Source of the DNA: an uncultured bacterium
Lineage (GTDB): Bacteria > Bacillota > Clostridia > Oscillospirales > CAG-272
Assembly: GCA_949282345.1 (NCBI GenBank)
Contig: CASDOQ010000025.1
Location: forward strand, 86,894 to 150,893
Length of the DNA: 64,000 bases
Direction of reading: 5' to 3'
A program made the translations under genes and the position numbers. Below are positions 1 to 9,928 of the stretch, piece by piece; the stretch's first letter is position 1, and the number at the start of each line of letters is the position of its first letter. Under the pieces are notes generated by a model. That model did no database searches. It saw only the letters and a program-made list of their open reading frames with translations, and was not told the origin of the DNA.

Positions 1-282
1 TGCATGTTCTTCCTTGGAAATGACGGAAAAACTGAGCGACGGATGCAAAAATAGCAAACGTCGCACCGCCTCACCGAGCGGCTCCCCGCGGTCAACGCAA
101 GCCGTATCTCCGCAAAGAAGTAAAAGAAGCGGATTCTTTCGGAAAATCATTTCCGAATTCTCTTCTGTTATTCGAATGATAACGATCCTTCTCACCACCT
201 TTTTCTAATCTGCACCGCGCATTTCGGGTTCTCGCCTCCCCGATGAAAAAAATGCAGGAAAATCTCAGTCAGTGCAAAAAAG

Positions 283-490
283 TTTTCCACAATCTCTTTG
301 TTGAAAATGTTCGCAACTTATTCTTTACACAACGAGATATGTGTGAAAAAGAGCGGGAAGACTTGTTGTCCAATCCGACTTTTCCACCGTTTTCCCGGGT
401 TTTCCACCGTTAGATTGTTGATAACTTAAAAAAATCAGGGTTTTGCGCTCTTGGCCGAGGTATAGGGAAGCACTTACAAATTGTGGAAAT
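283..490. promoter_or_regulatory. DnaA-box cluster
   Basis: About 8 matches or near-matches to TTWTNCACA on both strands: TTTTCCACA 283, TGTTGAAAA 299, CTTTACACA 323, TGTGAAAAA 342, TTTTCCACC 380 and 400, TGTTGATAA 416, TGTGGAAAT 482. Confidence 0.65.
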
Positions 491-639
491 TTATTGAATT
501 TCTTTGCCTGTAAAATGCAAGAATTCCGCATTTTCTCTCCACCGGTACTTTACTTATACGCATTTTTATGGTATACTGATCTGGTGGGACATTGACGGAA
601 GTCCCGCATCCCGAATCTTCCGTTACAAAGGATAAAGAC

Positions 640-1830
640 ATGGAAAGACTGATCGGTACTGTTTCGCGCGGCGTACGCGCACCCATTATCCGGAGCGGCG
701 ATGATATTGCCGCCATCGTGGTGGACAGCGTTCTGGCCGCCGCCAAAAACGAAAATATTGAAATTCGAGACCGTGACGTGATCGCCGTCACGGAGGCCGT
801 TGTGGCCCGTGCCCAGGGCAACTATGCTACCGTCGACCAGATCGCGGCAGACGTTGCCGCCAAATTTCCCCGTGGGCATATCGGCGTCATCTTTCCGATC
901 CTCAGCCGCAACCGCTTCTCGATCTGCTTAAAAGGCATTGCACGCGGCGCAAAAAAGATCACGCTGATGCTCAGCTATCCGGCAGACGAGGTCGGCAATC
1001 ATCTGATCAGCCTCGACGACCTGGACGCCGCCGGGATCAATCCCTTTTCGGACGTTCTGACCGAGGCGCGTTACCGCGAACTTTTCGGTTACAAGAAGCA
1101 CACCTTTACCGGCGTGGATTACATCGCCTATTATAAAGAACTGATTGAGAGCCAGCATTGCGAGGCCGAGATCGTGCTCGCCAACGACTGCCGCGCGATC
1201 CTCCCCTATACAAAGGATGTCCTCACCTGCGATATTCATACCCGTGCTCGGAGCAAACGCCTCCTGACGGCAGCCGGTGCCACGACGGTCTTAGGGTTAG
1301 ACGATCTGATGACCGCCCCGGTAGAAGGAAGCGGCTATAACAAGGATTACGGCCTCCTTGGCAGTAATAAGGCCACCGAGGAAACCGTAAAACTCTTCCC
1401 GCGGGATGCACAGCCGGTCGTTGAACGGATCGCCGCGGAGATCGAAAAAGCCACCGGGAAACACGTGGAAGCCATGGTGTACGGTGACGGTGCATTCAAA
1501 GATCCGGTAGGTAAGATTTGGGAGCTTGCCGACCCGGTGGTGTCGCCCTTCCATACGGCGGGACTTGTCGGACAGCCGAACGAGGTCAAACTTAAATATC
1601 TGGCCGACAACGATTTTGCCGACCTCTCCGGGGATGCCCTGAAAGAAGCGATCTCCGACTATATCCGACACAAGGACAAAGATCTCGTGGGACAGATGGT
1701 CTCCCAGGGAACGACCCCCCGCCGCCTGACCGACCTCATCGGTTCGCTCTGCGACCTGACCTCCGGCAGTGGCGACAAAGGAACGCCGATCATCTGGATT
1801 CAGGGATATTTCGATAACTATACAAACTGA
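640..1830 (+). CDS. coenzyme F420-0:L-glutamate ligase (CofE)-like protein
   Basis: MERLIGTVSRGVRAPIIRSGDD, DVIAVTEAVVARAQG and C-terminal GSLCDLTSGSGDKGTP resemble the clostridial CofE-like family; ATG at 640. Confidence 0.75.
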   Translation: MERLIGTVSRGVRAPIIRSGDDIAAIVVDSVLAAAKNENIEIRDRDVIAVTEAVVARAQGNYATVDQIAADVAAKFPRGHIGVIFPILSRNRFSICLKGIARGAKKITLMLSYPADEVGNHLISLDDLDAAGINPFSDVLTEARYRELFGYKKHTFTGVDYIAYYKELIESQHCEAEIVLANDCRAILPYTKDVLTCDIHTRARSKRLLTAAGATTVLGLDDLMTAPVEGSGYNKDYGLLGSNKATEETVKLFPRDAQPVVERIAAEIEKATGKHVEAMVYGDGAFKDPVGKIWELADPVVSPFHTAGLVGQPNEVKLKYLADNDFADLSGDALKEAISDYIRHKDKDLVGQMVSQGTTPRRLTDLIGSLCDLTSGSGDKGTPIIWIQGYFDNYTN

Positions 1831-1847
1831 TTTTTCGGTTTCCATAC

Positions 1848-1878
1848 AAAAAACTCCGCTCGGAAGAACGGAGTTTTT
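1848..1878. terminator. bidirectional intrinsic terminator
   Basis: AAAAACTCCG...CGGAGTTTTT hairpin between convergent genes. Confidence 0.75.
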
Positions 1879-1888
1879 GTTTTTCGGG

Positions 1889-2731
1889 TCAGAGGACCTT
1901 GCTCAAAAATTCGCGCAAACGGGGGTTTTTGGGATGTTCAAAAAGTTCTTGCGGACTTCCCTCTTCGCAGATTTTCCCGCTGTCGATGAAAAGAACGCGG
2001 TCCGCAATCTCTCTCGCAAAACCCATTTCATGCGTGACAATCACCATCGTCATCCCCTCTTCGGCCAATTTTCGGATAAGGTCAAGCACCTCTCCGACCA
2101 TCTCGGGATCGAGTGCCGACGTCGGCTCGTCAAACAGGATGACCTGCGGATTCATCGCCAGGGCGCGGATGATGGCGATGCGCTGTTTCTGCCCGCCGGA
2201 AAGCGTGGAGGGATAGGCGTTTGCTTTTTCCTCCAGGCCGATCCTTTTCAAAAGTTCCATGGCCCTTTCATTGGCCTTTTCTTTGATCATCTTCCGGGTC
2301 TGCGTGATTTGGATCAACGGTTTTTTGTTTTTCCGGAACAGATTTGCAACGGCGATACAGAAATTTTTGCATCTTTCCGCGCGGTGCTTCTTCAATCCGA
2401 AATAGACAGGTGCAAGCGTAATGTTTTTCAGCACCGTCTTGTTATTGAACAGGTTGAACTGCTGAAACACCATGCCGATATGTTCGCGGTGTTTGTTGAT
2501 GTCCACTTTCATGTCGGCAATGTCCTCGCCGTCAAAGAAAATGTTCCCCCCGCTCGGGTCTTCCATGCAGTTCAGGCAACGGAGAAATGTGCTTTTCCCG
2601 GAACCGGACGGGCCGATAACCGCCACTTTCTCCCCCTTTCGGATATCGGTGGAGATGTCTTCGAGAACCATCACATCGTCAAAATTTTTTTTCAGGTTTT
2701 TGACGCAAATAAGCGGTCTTTCGTTGTTCAT
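1889..2731 (-). CDS. polar amino-acid ABC transporter ATP-binding protein (GlnQ/ArtR-like)
   Basis: Walker [11 protein letters not shown]-loop [28 protein letters not shown]. Confidence 0.93.
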   Translation of the reverse strand: MNNERPLICVKNLKKNFDDVMVLEDISTDIRKGEKVAVIGPSGSGKSTFLRCLNCMEDPSGGNIFFDGEDIADMKVDINKHREHIGMVFQQFNLFNNKTVLKNITLAPVYFGLKKHRAERCKNFCIAVANLFRKNKKPLIQITQTRKMIKEKANERAMELLKRIGLEEKANAYPSTLSGGQKQRIAIIRALAMNPQVILFDEPTSALDPEMVGEVLDLIRKLAEEGMTMVIVTHEMGFAREIADRVLFIDSGKICEEGSPQELFEHPKNPRLREFLSKVL

Positions 2732-3453
2732 ATCACACCCCCCGCTTTCTTTCGGTCGCTCTTGGCCATCAATTTTTCCAGCCCCTTGACCATAAAGGTG
2801 ATGGCAAGGACCAGCACGATATAAATGAAGGCCATAAAGAGATAAGGCATGACTGTATCGTAGTTTTTACTGCCTATTGCGCCGAGGGCGGTATACAGGT
2901 CGTACACCGTGATAAAACTCAGCACCGACGTTTCCTTAATCAGCGTGATGAACTCATTCCCGAGCGTCGGAAGAATGTTTTTGACCGCCTGCGGCACTAC
3001 AATTTTCAGCATGGTGACAGCATAACCGAGACCGAGCGCACGCCCTGCTTCCATCTGCCCTTTATCAACCGAATTGATCCCGCTCCGCATGATCTCGGAA
3101 ACATAAGCGCCGCTGTTCATGCCGAATACCGCAATACCGACGTTGATCGCCTCCACGCCTCTAATCCCCAATACGGGCAGAAGAACATAATAAGCTATCA
3201 ATAGCTGTACCACCATCGGCGTTCCCCGGAATATCGCGACATAAACATCACAGATCTTATCCAGGGCTTTCGGCAATTTTTTATATTTCGGCATGACTTT
3301 CACAACGGCGATCACCGTGCCGATAAAAATCCCGATGATCAGACCGAGCACGGCAATTTTCACCGTGTTGATCAGCCCTTGAAAGAACAGTTTCCTGTAA
3401 AACTCTCCAGAGAGCGTTTCCCAAAAAACCTTCCATTTTACTCCCCAATTCAT
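2728..3453 (-). CDS. polar amino-acid ABC transporter permease
   Basis: [36 protein letters not shown] (EAA loop), [11 protein letters not shown]. Confidence 0.92.
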   Translation of the reverse strand: MNWGVKWKVFWETLSGEFYRKLFFQGLINTVKIAVLGLIIGIFIGTVIAVVKVMPKYKKLPKALDKICDVYVAIFRGTPMVVQLLIAYYVLLPVLGIRGVEAINVGIAVFGMNSGAYVSEIMRSGINSVDKGQMEAGRALGLGYAVTMLKIVVPQAVKNILPTLGNEFITLIKETSVLSFITVYDLYTALGAIGSKNYDTVMPYLFMAFIYIVLVLAITFMVKGLEKLMAKSDRKKAGGVI

Positions 3454-3513
3454 GAATCCCTCTTCATCGCAAAAGTTTCCCACAATATGCTTGTGGGAAA
3501 TTTTGCATTTTAA

Positions 3514-4371
3514 TTATTTGTTGAGCGCCGTTACGATGGCTGCTGCGGGAGCCGCGTCTACGACCACGGCATACAGGTTTCCGTTCAGCATATCGTTTGC
3601 CGCGGCGACGGCGGTGGAGTAACCCTTTCCGCTGATGTTCTTGAATCCTGCAAAGCCCCAATCGGCATCGCCGTTGATGTAGAGGCCGCCGGTCGTACCG
3701 GTCTGGAACCCGATCTTCTTATCCACAAGCCCTTTGAGGACGGCTTCAACCTCCTCAACCGTCTTGCAATTGTCAAAATCCGTGCAACCGGCCGGAACAA
3801 TCAGTTTCTGGGAAGCGTTATAGTATTCGGTCGTGAAATCGTTCAGTTCCAGACGAGATTCACTGACGGTAATCCCGGCCATACCGATATCGGCATATCC
3901 CGTGTCAACCTGTGTGAAGATTGCGTCAAACTCGATGTTTTTGATGACAAGCTCCAGATTCTTTTCTTTTGCGTAGGCCGCGGCAATCTCGATATCGAGG
4001 CCGTAAGCCTTACCATCTTCGCCGAGGTATTCAAAAGGTTCAAACGGGCAGTTGGTTGCCACGATGAGGTTGGTTTCGTTGTTGGCAACGCTACCGGTCG
4101 CTATCGGGTATCCGATCTTTTCGCCTTCATTCTTGAAGTACTTGGCCACATACTTGTCAAATTCGCCGTTCTCCTTGATCTTCGCAAGAAACGCGTTGAA
4201 GTCCGACTGCAACTGCGTGTTCCCCTTCTTGACGACAAAGGCATACTTTTCGTCCGTGAGGTTCACATCCACGATTTTGAGTTTTTCCTGTTCGGTGCCA
4301 CAGGAGGCAAGCGCAAGTACGCCGGTGAGGACCATCAGCAAACACAGTGCCAGGGAAATAATCTTTTTCAT
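3514..4371 (-). CDS. amino-acid ABC substrate-binding lipoprotein (SBP family 3), apparently circularly permuted
   Basis: Signal peptide with lipobox LASC; VATNCPFEPFEY, GLDIEIA and ADIGMAGITVSESR motifs; RBS AAAGGAG. Confidence 0.9.
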   Translation of the reverse strand: MKKIISLALCLLMVLTGVLALASCGTEQEKLKIVDVNLTDEKYAFVVKKGNTQLQSDFNAFLAKIKENGEFDKYVAKYFKNEGEKIGYPIATGSVANNETNLIVATNCPFEPFEYLGEDGKAYGLDIEIAAAYAKEKNLELVIKNIEFDAIFTQVDTGYADIGMAGITVSESRLELNDFTTEYYNASQKLIVPAGCTDFDNCKTVEEVEAVLKGLVDKKIGFQTGTTGGLYINGDADWGFAGFKNISGKGYSTAVAAANDMLNGNLYAVVVDAAPAAAIVTALNK

Positions 4372-4417
4372 TTTCTTTTCTCCTTTGCGGTTAACCGCGA
4401 TTTGTTTTGATGGCATT

Positions 4418-4446
4418 ATTGTACAGCATAAATATTCATCTGTCAA
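4418..4446 (-). promoter_or_regulatory. sigma-A promoter with overlapping ArgR (ARG) box
   Basis: TTGACA-17 bp-TACAAT on the minus strand; the spacer holds GATGAATATTTATGCTGT (4423-4440), close to the ARG-box consensus. Confidence 0.6.
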
Positions 4447-4663
4447 GACTTTTTTCGAATATTTTTTCAATTTTGCGTTTTCGATTCTTTTTCGTTTTTT
4501 GATGCCGAGAATTATGCAGATTGCACAAAGCTCTTGGCGCTTCAAGAATTATATAACGCTTGCAACCCTGTTTCTTAATTTGTATGCGTCTTTGCAAGAT
4601 GAATAATATTCGCAATATTCATTTTGACATCGGTCCGGATTTCGGAGAGCGGATATAGGCTGT

Positions 4664-4732
4664 GCGGAAAATGGGGGCGGCGCGGAAGATGGGGCGGGGT
4701 GGAAGACGGGGCGGCGCGGAGCAACAGGGGGC
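4664..4732 (+). repeat. G-rich ~17-bp degenerate tandem repeat (3-4 copies)
   Basis: gcggaaaatgggggcggc / gcggaagatggggcggg / gtggaagacggggcggc / gcggagcaacagggggc. Confidence 0.55.
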
Positions 4733-4930
4733 ATGAAAGACAACTGCCCCCGCGGGGGAGCGAGAAAGGGGTCGGCGTGATCGGCAGAAAAGGAGGCGGC
4801 GTGAGGGGGTAAGGCGAGCCTTTTCCTTCCTTTCTGAAAACCGTACCTATTTGTAAATAATCGGCGAAACCCCTTGCGTTCTCGGGGGGTTGTGTGGTAT
4901 ATTATAAAAAATGAAAATAAGGAGCAGGAT

Positions 4931-6433
4931 ATGCCAACTTTTTACGATGAACCTTCCCGCACTTTTAACGAGTATTTGCTCATTCCGGGCTATTCCTCCA
5001 AGGAATGTATTCCCGCCAACGTCAGCCTCCGCACCCCGCTGGTGAAATTCCGCCGGGGCGAAGAGCCGGCCCTCTCTCTGAACACACCGCTGACCTCCGC
5101 GATCATGCAGTCGGTATCCGGTGAAGCACTGGCCATTGCGCTGGCGCGTGAGGGGGGCGTTTCTTTTATCTACGGCGCACAGTCCGTGGAAAGCGAGGCC
5201 GCCATGGTCGCGCGGGTAAAAGCCTACAAAGCCGGCTTTGTCCGCAGTGACTCCAACCTCCGTCCCGACCAGACGCTTGCCGACGTACTGGCCCTCAAAC
5301 AAAAGACGGGACACTCCACCGTTGCCATCACCGAAAACGGTGAGCCGGACGGACGTCTCATGGGGATCGTGACCGGGCGGGACTACCGCATCAGCCGGAT
5401 GGAACTCTCAACGCCTATAGCCGATTTCATGACCCCCCGCGCCCGGCTTATCACCGCGCCGGAAGGGACATCGCTGAAGGAAGCAAACGATATCATCTGG
5501 GATCATAAGCTCAATTCCCTGCCGATCGTCAACAAGCGGGACGAACTGGTCTATTTTGTCTTCCGCAAGGACTACGACACGCACAAGATGAATCCTTTGG
5601 AATCGCTGGATAAGGACAAGCGCTATCTGGTCGGCGCAGGGATCAACACCCGTGATTACGAGACGCGCGTTCCGGCCCTGCTAGAGGCAGGAGCGGACGT
5701 TCTGTGCATCGACTCCTCCGAGGGCTTTACCGAATGGCAGAAGATCACCATTGATTTTATCCGGGAAAAATACGGCGACACGGTCAAAGTGGGCGCCGGG
5801 AACGTGGTAGACCGAGACGGCTTCCGGTATCTGGCCGAATGCGGCGCGGACTTTGTCAAGGTCGGTATCGGGGGCGGCTCTATCTGCATCACGCGGGAAA
5901 CGAAAGGGATCGGTCGCGGACAGGCCACCGCCCTGATCGAGGTCTGCCGGGAACGCGATGCCTACTTCCGGGAGACCGGCGTCTATATTCCCGTCTGCTC
6001 GGACGGCGGAATCGTCCACGACCACCATATGACTCTCGCGCTTGCCATGGGAGCGGATTTTCTGATGCTCGGTCGGTATTTTGCCCGGTTTGACGAGGCG
6101 CCGGGCGGGAAAGTCAACGTGAACGGCACCCTGATGAAGGAATACTGGGGCGAGGGCTCCAGCCGGGCGCGCAACTGGCAGCGCTATGACCTCGGCGGAG
6201 CGGCCAAACTCTCCTTTGAAGAAGGGGTGGACTCCTATGTTCCCTATGCCGGGAAGCTTTCCGACAACGTGCAGCTCTCTCTCGCCAAAGTACGTTCCAC
6301 TATGTGCAACTGCGGTGCGCTCACGATCCCCGAGTTGCAGCAAAAAGCCAAACTGACGCTTGTTTCTTCCGTCAGCATTGTCGAAGGCGGTGCGCATGAT
6401 GTTCAGCTCAAAACACCAACCAACAAACTCTGA
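4931..6433 (+). CDS. guaB: IMP dehydrogenase
   Basis: Catalytic [16 protein letters not shown] pair, YWGEGS; RBS AAGGAG. Confidence 0.95.
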   Translation: MPTFYDEPSRTFNEYLLIPGYSSKECIPANVSLRTPLVKFRRGEEPALSLNTPLTSAIMQSVSGEALAIALAREGGVSFIYGAQSVESEAAMVARVKAYKAGFVRSDSNLRPDQTLADVLALKQKTGHSTVAITENGEPDGRLMGIVTGRDYRISRMELSTPIADFMTPRARLITAPEGTSLKEANDIIWDHKLNSLPIVNKRDELVYFVFRKDYDTHKMNPLESLDKDKRYLVGAGINTRDYETRVPALLEAGADVLCIDSSEGFTEWQKITIDFIREKYGDTVKVGAGNVVDRDGFRYLAECGADFVKVGIGGGSICITRETKGIGRGQATALIEVCRERDAYFRETGVYIPVCSDGGIVHDHHMTLALAMGADFLMLGRYFARFDEAPGGKVNVNGTLMKEYWGEGSSRARNWQRYDLGGAAKLSFEEGVDSYVPYAGKLSDNVQLSLAKVRSTMCNCGALTIPELQQKAKLTLVSSVSIVEGGAHDVQLKTPTNKL

Positions 6434-6469
6434 TTGACCATAGATCTTTCAAACCGAAAGGGTATCATC

Positions 6470-8458
6470 ATGAAAAACAAATTATACACCGTCAAAGCGG
6501 AAACCGACCGGGTTGAAATTTTCCGCCATGAGACGCTGTTTGCCACTATACCGGCGGCTTTCACACTCGGGAACCGGACGCATATCCTGTCAAGGAAGAG
6601 GAAAAACGCAAAAGCGGCCGTATTTGGGGACGGAATGGCGGAAATGCATTTTCTTTTCGGAGAAGACGACATAGAGGTAAGAACCTTTCTCGCCTGCCCG
6701 GAGGAAGTGCGCGTGACCGAAACACGCCTGTTCACCAACCGAAAAACCGGGCTTTCCCTGCCGGGATTTGATCGGGCTTTCACACCGCAACCGCGCAACA
6801 ATGACCTGAGCAACTGCTCCAACACGCTGAACCTTCCGGACCTGTCGCTCAACGGATACCATTATCCGCCGATCCTGAACTTTTCTATCGGTTCGCCGGC
6901 CGGCTGGCTTTCGGTGGGGTTGCTTGACATTCCCGACACCAAGCAGTGCCGTCTCGAAGCGGGCGGAGCCTTTTTGGTCGAGAGCTGCGGAGGAAACAAA
7001 GTGATTCCGGCCGGCGGTGTCTATCAACCGCCCCGCATCCTCTTCTCTTTTCCGGCGGATGAGTTTGACGGAATTCGTCTCTTCCGCGAAAAACTCAAAG
7101 AACGCGGGCTATATAAACCCCAACGCCCTACCTTCCAACAGTTGCCGGCCTTTTGGAAATATCCGCAGTTCTGCACCTACGGCGATCAGCTGAATGAACG
7201 GCGGGTCGGGCAGAAGATCGATACAGACTGGGTCCGCGCCTTCGTTGATCGCGGGGAAAAGGATTACGGCGTTTCACATATGATGGTGTGCATCGACGAC
7301 TCCTGGCAGTATCCTCACTCGATCGAACCGGCGGCAGATCCCGCGCGTTTTCCCGATCTGCGGGGGCTGATTGACGAACTGCACGCACGCGGGCACCGCG
7401 TTATGCTCTGGTACACCCCGCTTTTTGAAAAAGTGACCAACGGATTTGAAACGCGGGCGCAGAAGGCAGGGCTTGTGACCTCTGACGTACCAGCGGGTGC
7501 TTATTTCGACGAATTTCCAGGAACCTACTGTCTGGACTATACGCATGACAATGCGGAAAGTTTCCTAAAAGAAACGGCCGAAGTCCTCTTCGGCGATGGG
7601 GAAGGACAGTTCAACGCCGACGCGGTAAAACTCGATTTCCTCGGTAACATCCGCGACCCCGCGGAAGCGAAAGGCGGGTATGCCCATCCCGAGCGCGGCC
7701 TCGGTATGCGGGAACTTTACCGATACTACGAACTCTTCAGCAAAGCGGCGCACCACGTAAAACCAGACGCCCTGATCAACGCAACGACCAGCGAGCCGCG
7801 CTTTGAACATCTGATCGATGTCTCCCGCCTGCACGATACGCACAGCGGCGAAGTGGAAAAAGAGCGGCGCGCGCGTATTATGTCACTGGCCTGCCCCGAT
7901 CTGCCGATCGACACCGACGGGGCGCTTATGTTCCCTTCCTGGATTCACCGCAACTATATCTCTACCGCGGTCTGCGGAATTCCTTCCAATTATTACACCT
8001 ACGCCTACGGAAATACGGAAGGGACCATCAGCGACGCGGAAAAAAAGAGCATCGGCGCTCTGATGCAGTTAACTGCGTTGCGCCCGACCGGAACCCCGGT
8101 CACGGACGGACACGGAAACTGGAAACTGCTGGATAAAGACGGCCGTGTGAATGCCGAGACTTTCGGCGGAGAATCGGTGGTCTATTACCCGACGGAAGCG
8201 GGCGGGATCGGTTATATCTTTTCTTTCCTCGGCGAAACGCTGACATTCCCCCTGCACGGCCGGCACTTCTCAGCTCTGACTCCGGCTCCGCAAAGGGATT
8301 TTCTGGTAGTGGACTATGCGCGCGATCAGGTGACGGCTTATTGGAAAGCCGGCGTGGTATACAGTTTCCGCGATCTGGATGACGGGAATTCGCTCGACGA
8401 GCAATTCCGCAAAACGGGCGGTGAAACAAAAGAAGAGACGGTAAACTATGTAAACTGA
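6470..8458 (+). CDS. clan GH-D-like (GH36/GH27/GH31-related) TIM-barrel glycoside hydrolase
   Basis: CIDDSWQ, RFPDLRGLIDELHARG, LDYTH, DAVKLDF (putative nucleophile), SRLHD. Confidence 0.65.
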   Translation: MKNKLYTVKAETDRVEIFRHETLFATIPAAFTLGNRTHILSRKRKNAKAAVFGDGMAEMHFLFGEDDIEVRTFLACPEEVRVTETRLFTNRKTGLSLPGFDRAFTPQPRNNDLSNCSNTLNLPDLSLNGYHYPPILNFSIGSPAGWLSVGLLDIPDTKQCRLEAGGAFLVESCGGNKVIPAGGVYQPPRILFSFPADEFDGIRLFREKLKERGLYKPQRPTFQQLPAFWKYPQFCTYGDQLNERRVGQKIDTDWVRAFVDRGEKDYGVSHMMVCIDDSWQYPHSIEPAADPARFPDLRGLIDELHARGHRVMLWYTPLFEKVTNGFETRAQKAGLVTSDVPAGAYFDEFPGTYCLDYTHDNAESFLKETAEVLFGDGEGQFNADAVKLDFLGNIRDPAEAKGGYAHPERGLGMRELYRYYELFSKAAHHVKPDALINATTSEPRFEHLIDVSRLHDTHSGEVEKERRARIMSLACPDLPIDTDGALMFPSWIHRNYISTAVCGIPSNYYTYAYGNTEGTISDAEKKSIGALMQLTALRPTGTPVTDGHGNWKLLDKDGRVNAETFGGESVVYYPTEAGGIGYIFSFLGETLTFPLHGRHFSALTPAPQRDFLVVDYARDQVTAYWKAGVVYSFRDLDDGNSLDEQFRKTGGETKEETVNYVN

Positions 8459-8479
8459 CCCCGAAAGGTTTTTGTTTTC

Positions 8480-9262
8480 ATGGATCCTGTTGTCCTCGCC
8501 GGACTTTTCCTCCCCTTTTTCGGTACGACCTTCGGCGCGCTTTGCGTCTTTCTGATGAAAAAGGACGTAAACCCGCGCCTTTGCATCTGTCTTAGCGGCT
8601 TTGCCTCTGGCGTTATGGTGGCGGCCTCTGTGTGGAGTCTTCTGATTCCCGCCATGGAAAATGCCGCCCCGATGGGGCGGCTTTGTTTTGTTCCCGCTGT
8701 CAGCGGTCTGATCCTCGGCTTTCTCTTTCTCTTACTGATCGACCGCGCCATCCCCCACCTGCACGCAGGGAGCGGATCGGCCGAAGGGCCGCAGACGCAC
8801 CTCTCCTCCACCGCCATGCTGACCTTGGCAGTGACGATCCACAACCTCCCGGAAGGGTTGGCGGTCGGGGTGGCGGTGGCGGGATATCTGTACGGAAACG
8901 GAGAGCTTTCCGCGGCTGCCGTCATCTCACTCGCTCTCGGCATCGCCATACAGAACTTTCCGGAAGGCGCAATCATTTCTCTCCCCCTGCAAGGGAGCGG
9001 GATGAGCAAACGACGTGCTTTCCGCACCGGATTTCTCTCGGGGATCGTAGAGCCGCTTGGAGTGGGGTTTACCCTGCTGGCCGCCCCGCTTGTTATCCCT
9101 GCGCTGCCTTATCTGCTCTCCTTCGCCGCCGGTGCCATGCTCTACGTGGTGGTAGAAGAGCTGGTGCCTGAAATGGCACGCGACGGCGGCGAGAACGCCG
9201 GCGTGCTCTGCTTTTCCCTCGGCTTTTCCCTGATGATGGCGCTCGACGTGGCGCTCGGATAG
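8480..9262 (+). CDS. ZIP family metal transporter (ZupT/GufA-like)
   Basis: HNLPEGLAVG, IAIQNFPEG, multiple hydrophobic helices. Confidence 0.92.
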   Translation: MDPVVLAGLFLPFFGTTFGALCVFLMKKDVNPRLCICLSGFASGVMVAASVWSLLIPAMENAAPMGRLCFVPAVSGLILGFLFLLLIDRAIPHLHAGSGSAEGPQTHLSSTAMLTLAVTIHNLPEGLAVGVAVAGYLYGNGELSAAAVISLALGIAIQNFPEGAIISLPLQGSGMSKRRAFRTGFLSGIVEPLGVGFTLLAAPLVIPALPYLLSFAAGAMLYVVVEELVPEMARDGGENAGVLCFSLGFSLMMALDVALG

Positions 9263-9319
9263 CCTCTCGGCAAGCGATCTGCCGCCCGGGGCTTTTGCCT
9301 TACGCCTTTGAACTTGATG

Positions 9320-9347
9320 AAAAAAGCACCCGAACGGGTGCTTTTTT
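9320..9347. terminator. bidirectional intrinsic terminator
   Basis: AAAAAAGCACCCG-AA-CGGGTGCTTTTTT. Confidence 0.8.
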
Positions 9348-9373
9348 ATAGATTCGTTCCTCCTTGCGGCCGG

Positions 9374-9928
9374 TTACCCGGTCTCCACGATAAAGAAATA
9401 GGGCGAGGTGGGGGAATTGACAATACGGAAGCAGCTCACGCAGATCCGGCGGCGGTCCAGTGTGGCAAAATACGAAGCGAGCATTTCTCCCTCGCGGCTC
9501 CCCTCCTCGTGTCCCGGATAGACCGCCACCATCAGGATGGCGTCCGGGGCAAGCAACTCGATAGCGGCCTCAACGGCCGGCATCGTCGTCTCGCAGAGGG
9601 TAGTCAGCGTTTTGCGCCCGCTCCGCGGCAGGTACCCGAGATTGAACATCCCGGCCTTGATAGGTCCCCGGACGTAGTCCTTCACCCGGTGATGCGAATC
9701 ATGGATCAGCGTATAGTTTCCGGGAGCGCCGGCTTCTTCGAGATGAATCCGGGTCGAACGCAAGGCTTCCGCCTGAATATCAAATGCGTAGACCCGACCG
9801 CCGGACCCTACGGTCTTTGACAGAAAGAGTGTGTCGTTTCCGTTCCCCATTGTGAAGTCGACCGCCGTATCGCCGGGGCGAAGATGCTCCAAAATAAAAT
9901 ATTTCTGCATATCCAACAGGTCAACCAT
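9374..9928 (-). CDS. class I SAM methyltransferase, YtqB/MnmM-like
   Basis: VDFTMGNGNDT, VYAFDIQ, MFNLGYLP, VYPGHEEG. Confidence 0.85.
   Translation of the reverse strand: MVDLLDMQKYFILEHLRPGDTAVDFTMGNGNDTLFLSKTVGSGGRVYAFDIQAEALRSTRIHLEEAGAPGNYTLIHDSHHRVKDYVRGPIKAGMFNLGYLPRSGRKTLTTLCETTMPAVEAAIELLAPDAILMVAVYPGHEEGSREGEMLASYFATLDRRRICVSCFRIVNSPTSPYFFIVETG

Noticed and set aside
14-531. short ORFs at the window start
   Set aside because: No motifs or RBS; the region reads as intergenic/DnaA-box DNA
4620-4930. purine riboswitch upstream of guaB
   Set aside because: No aptamer consensus visible
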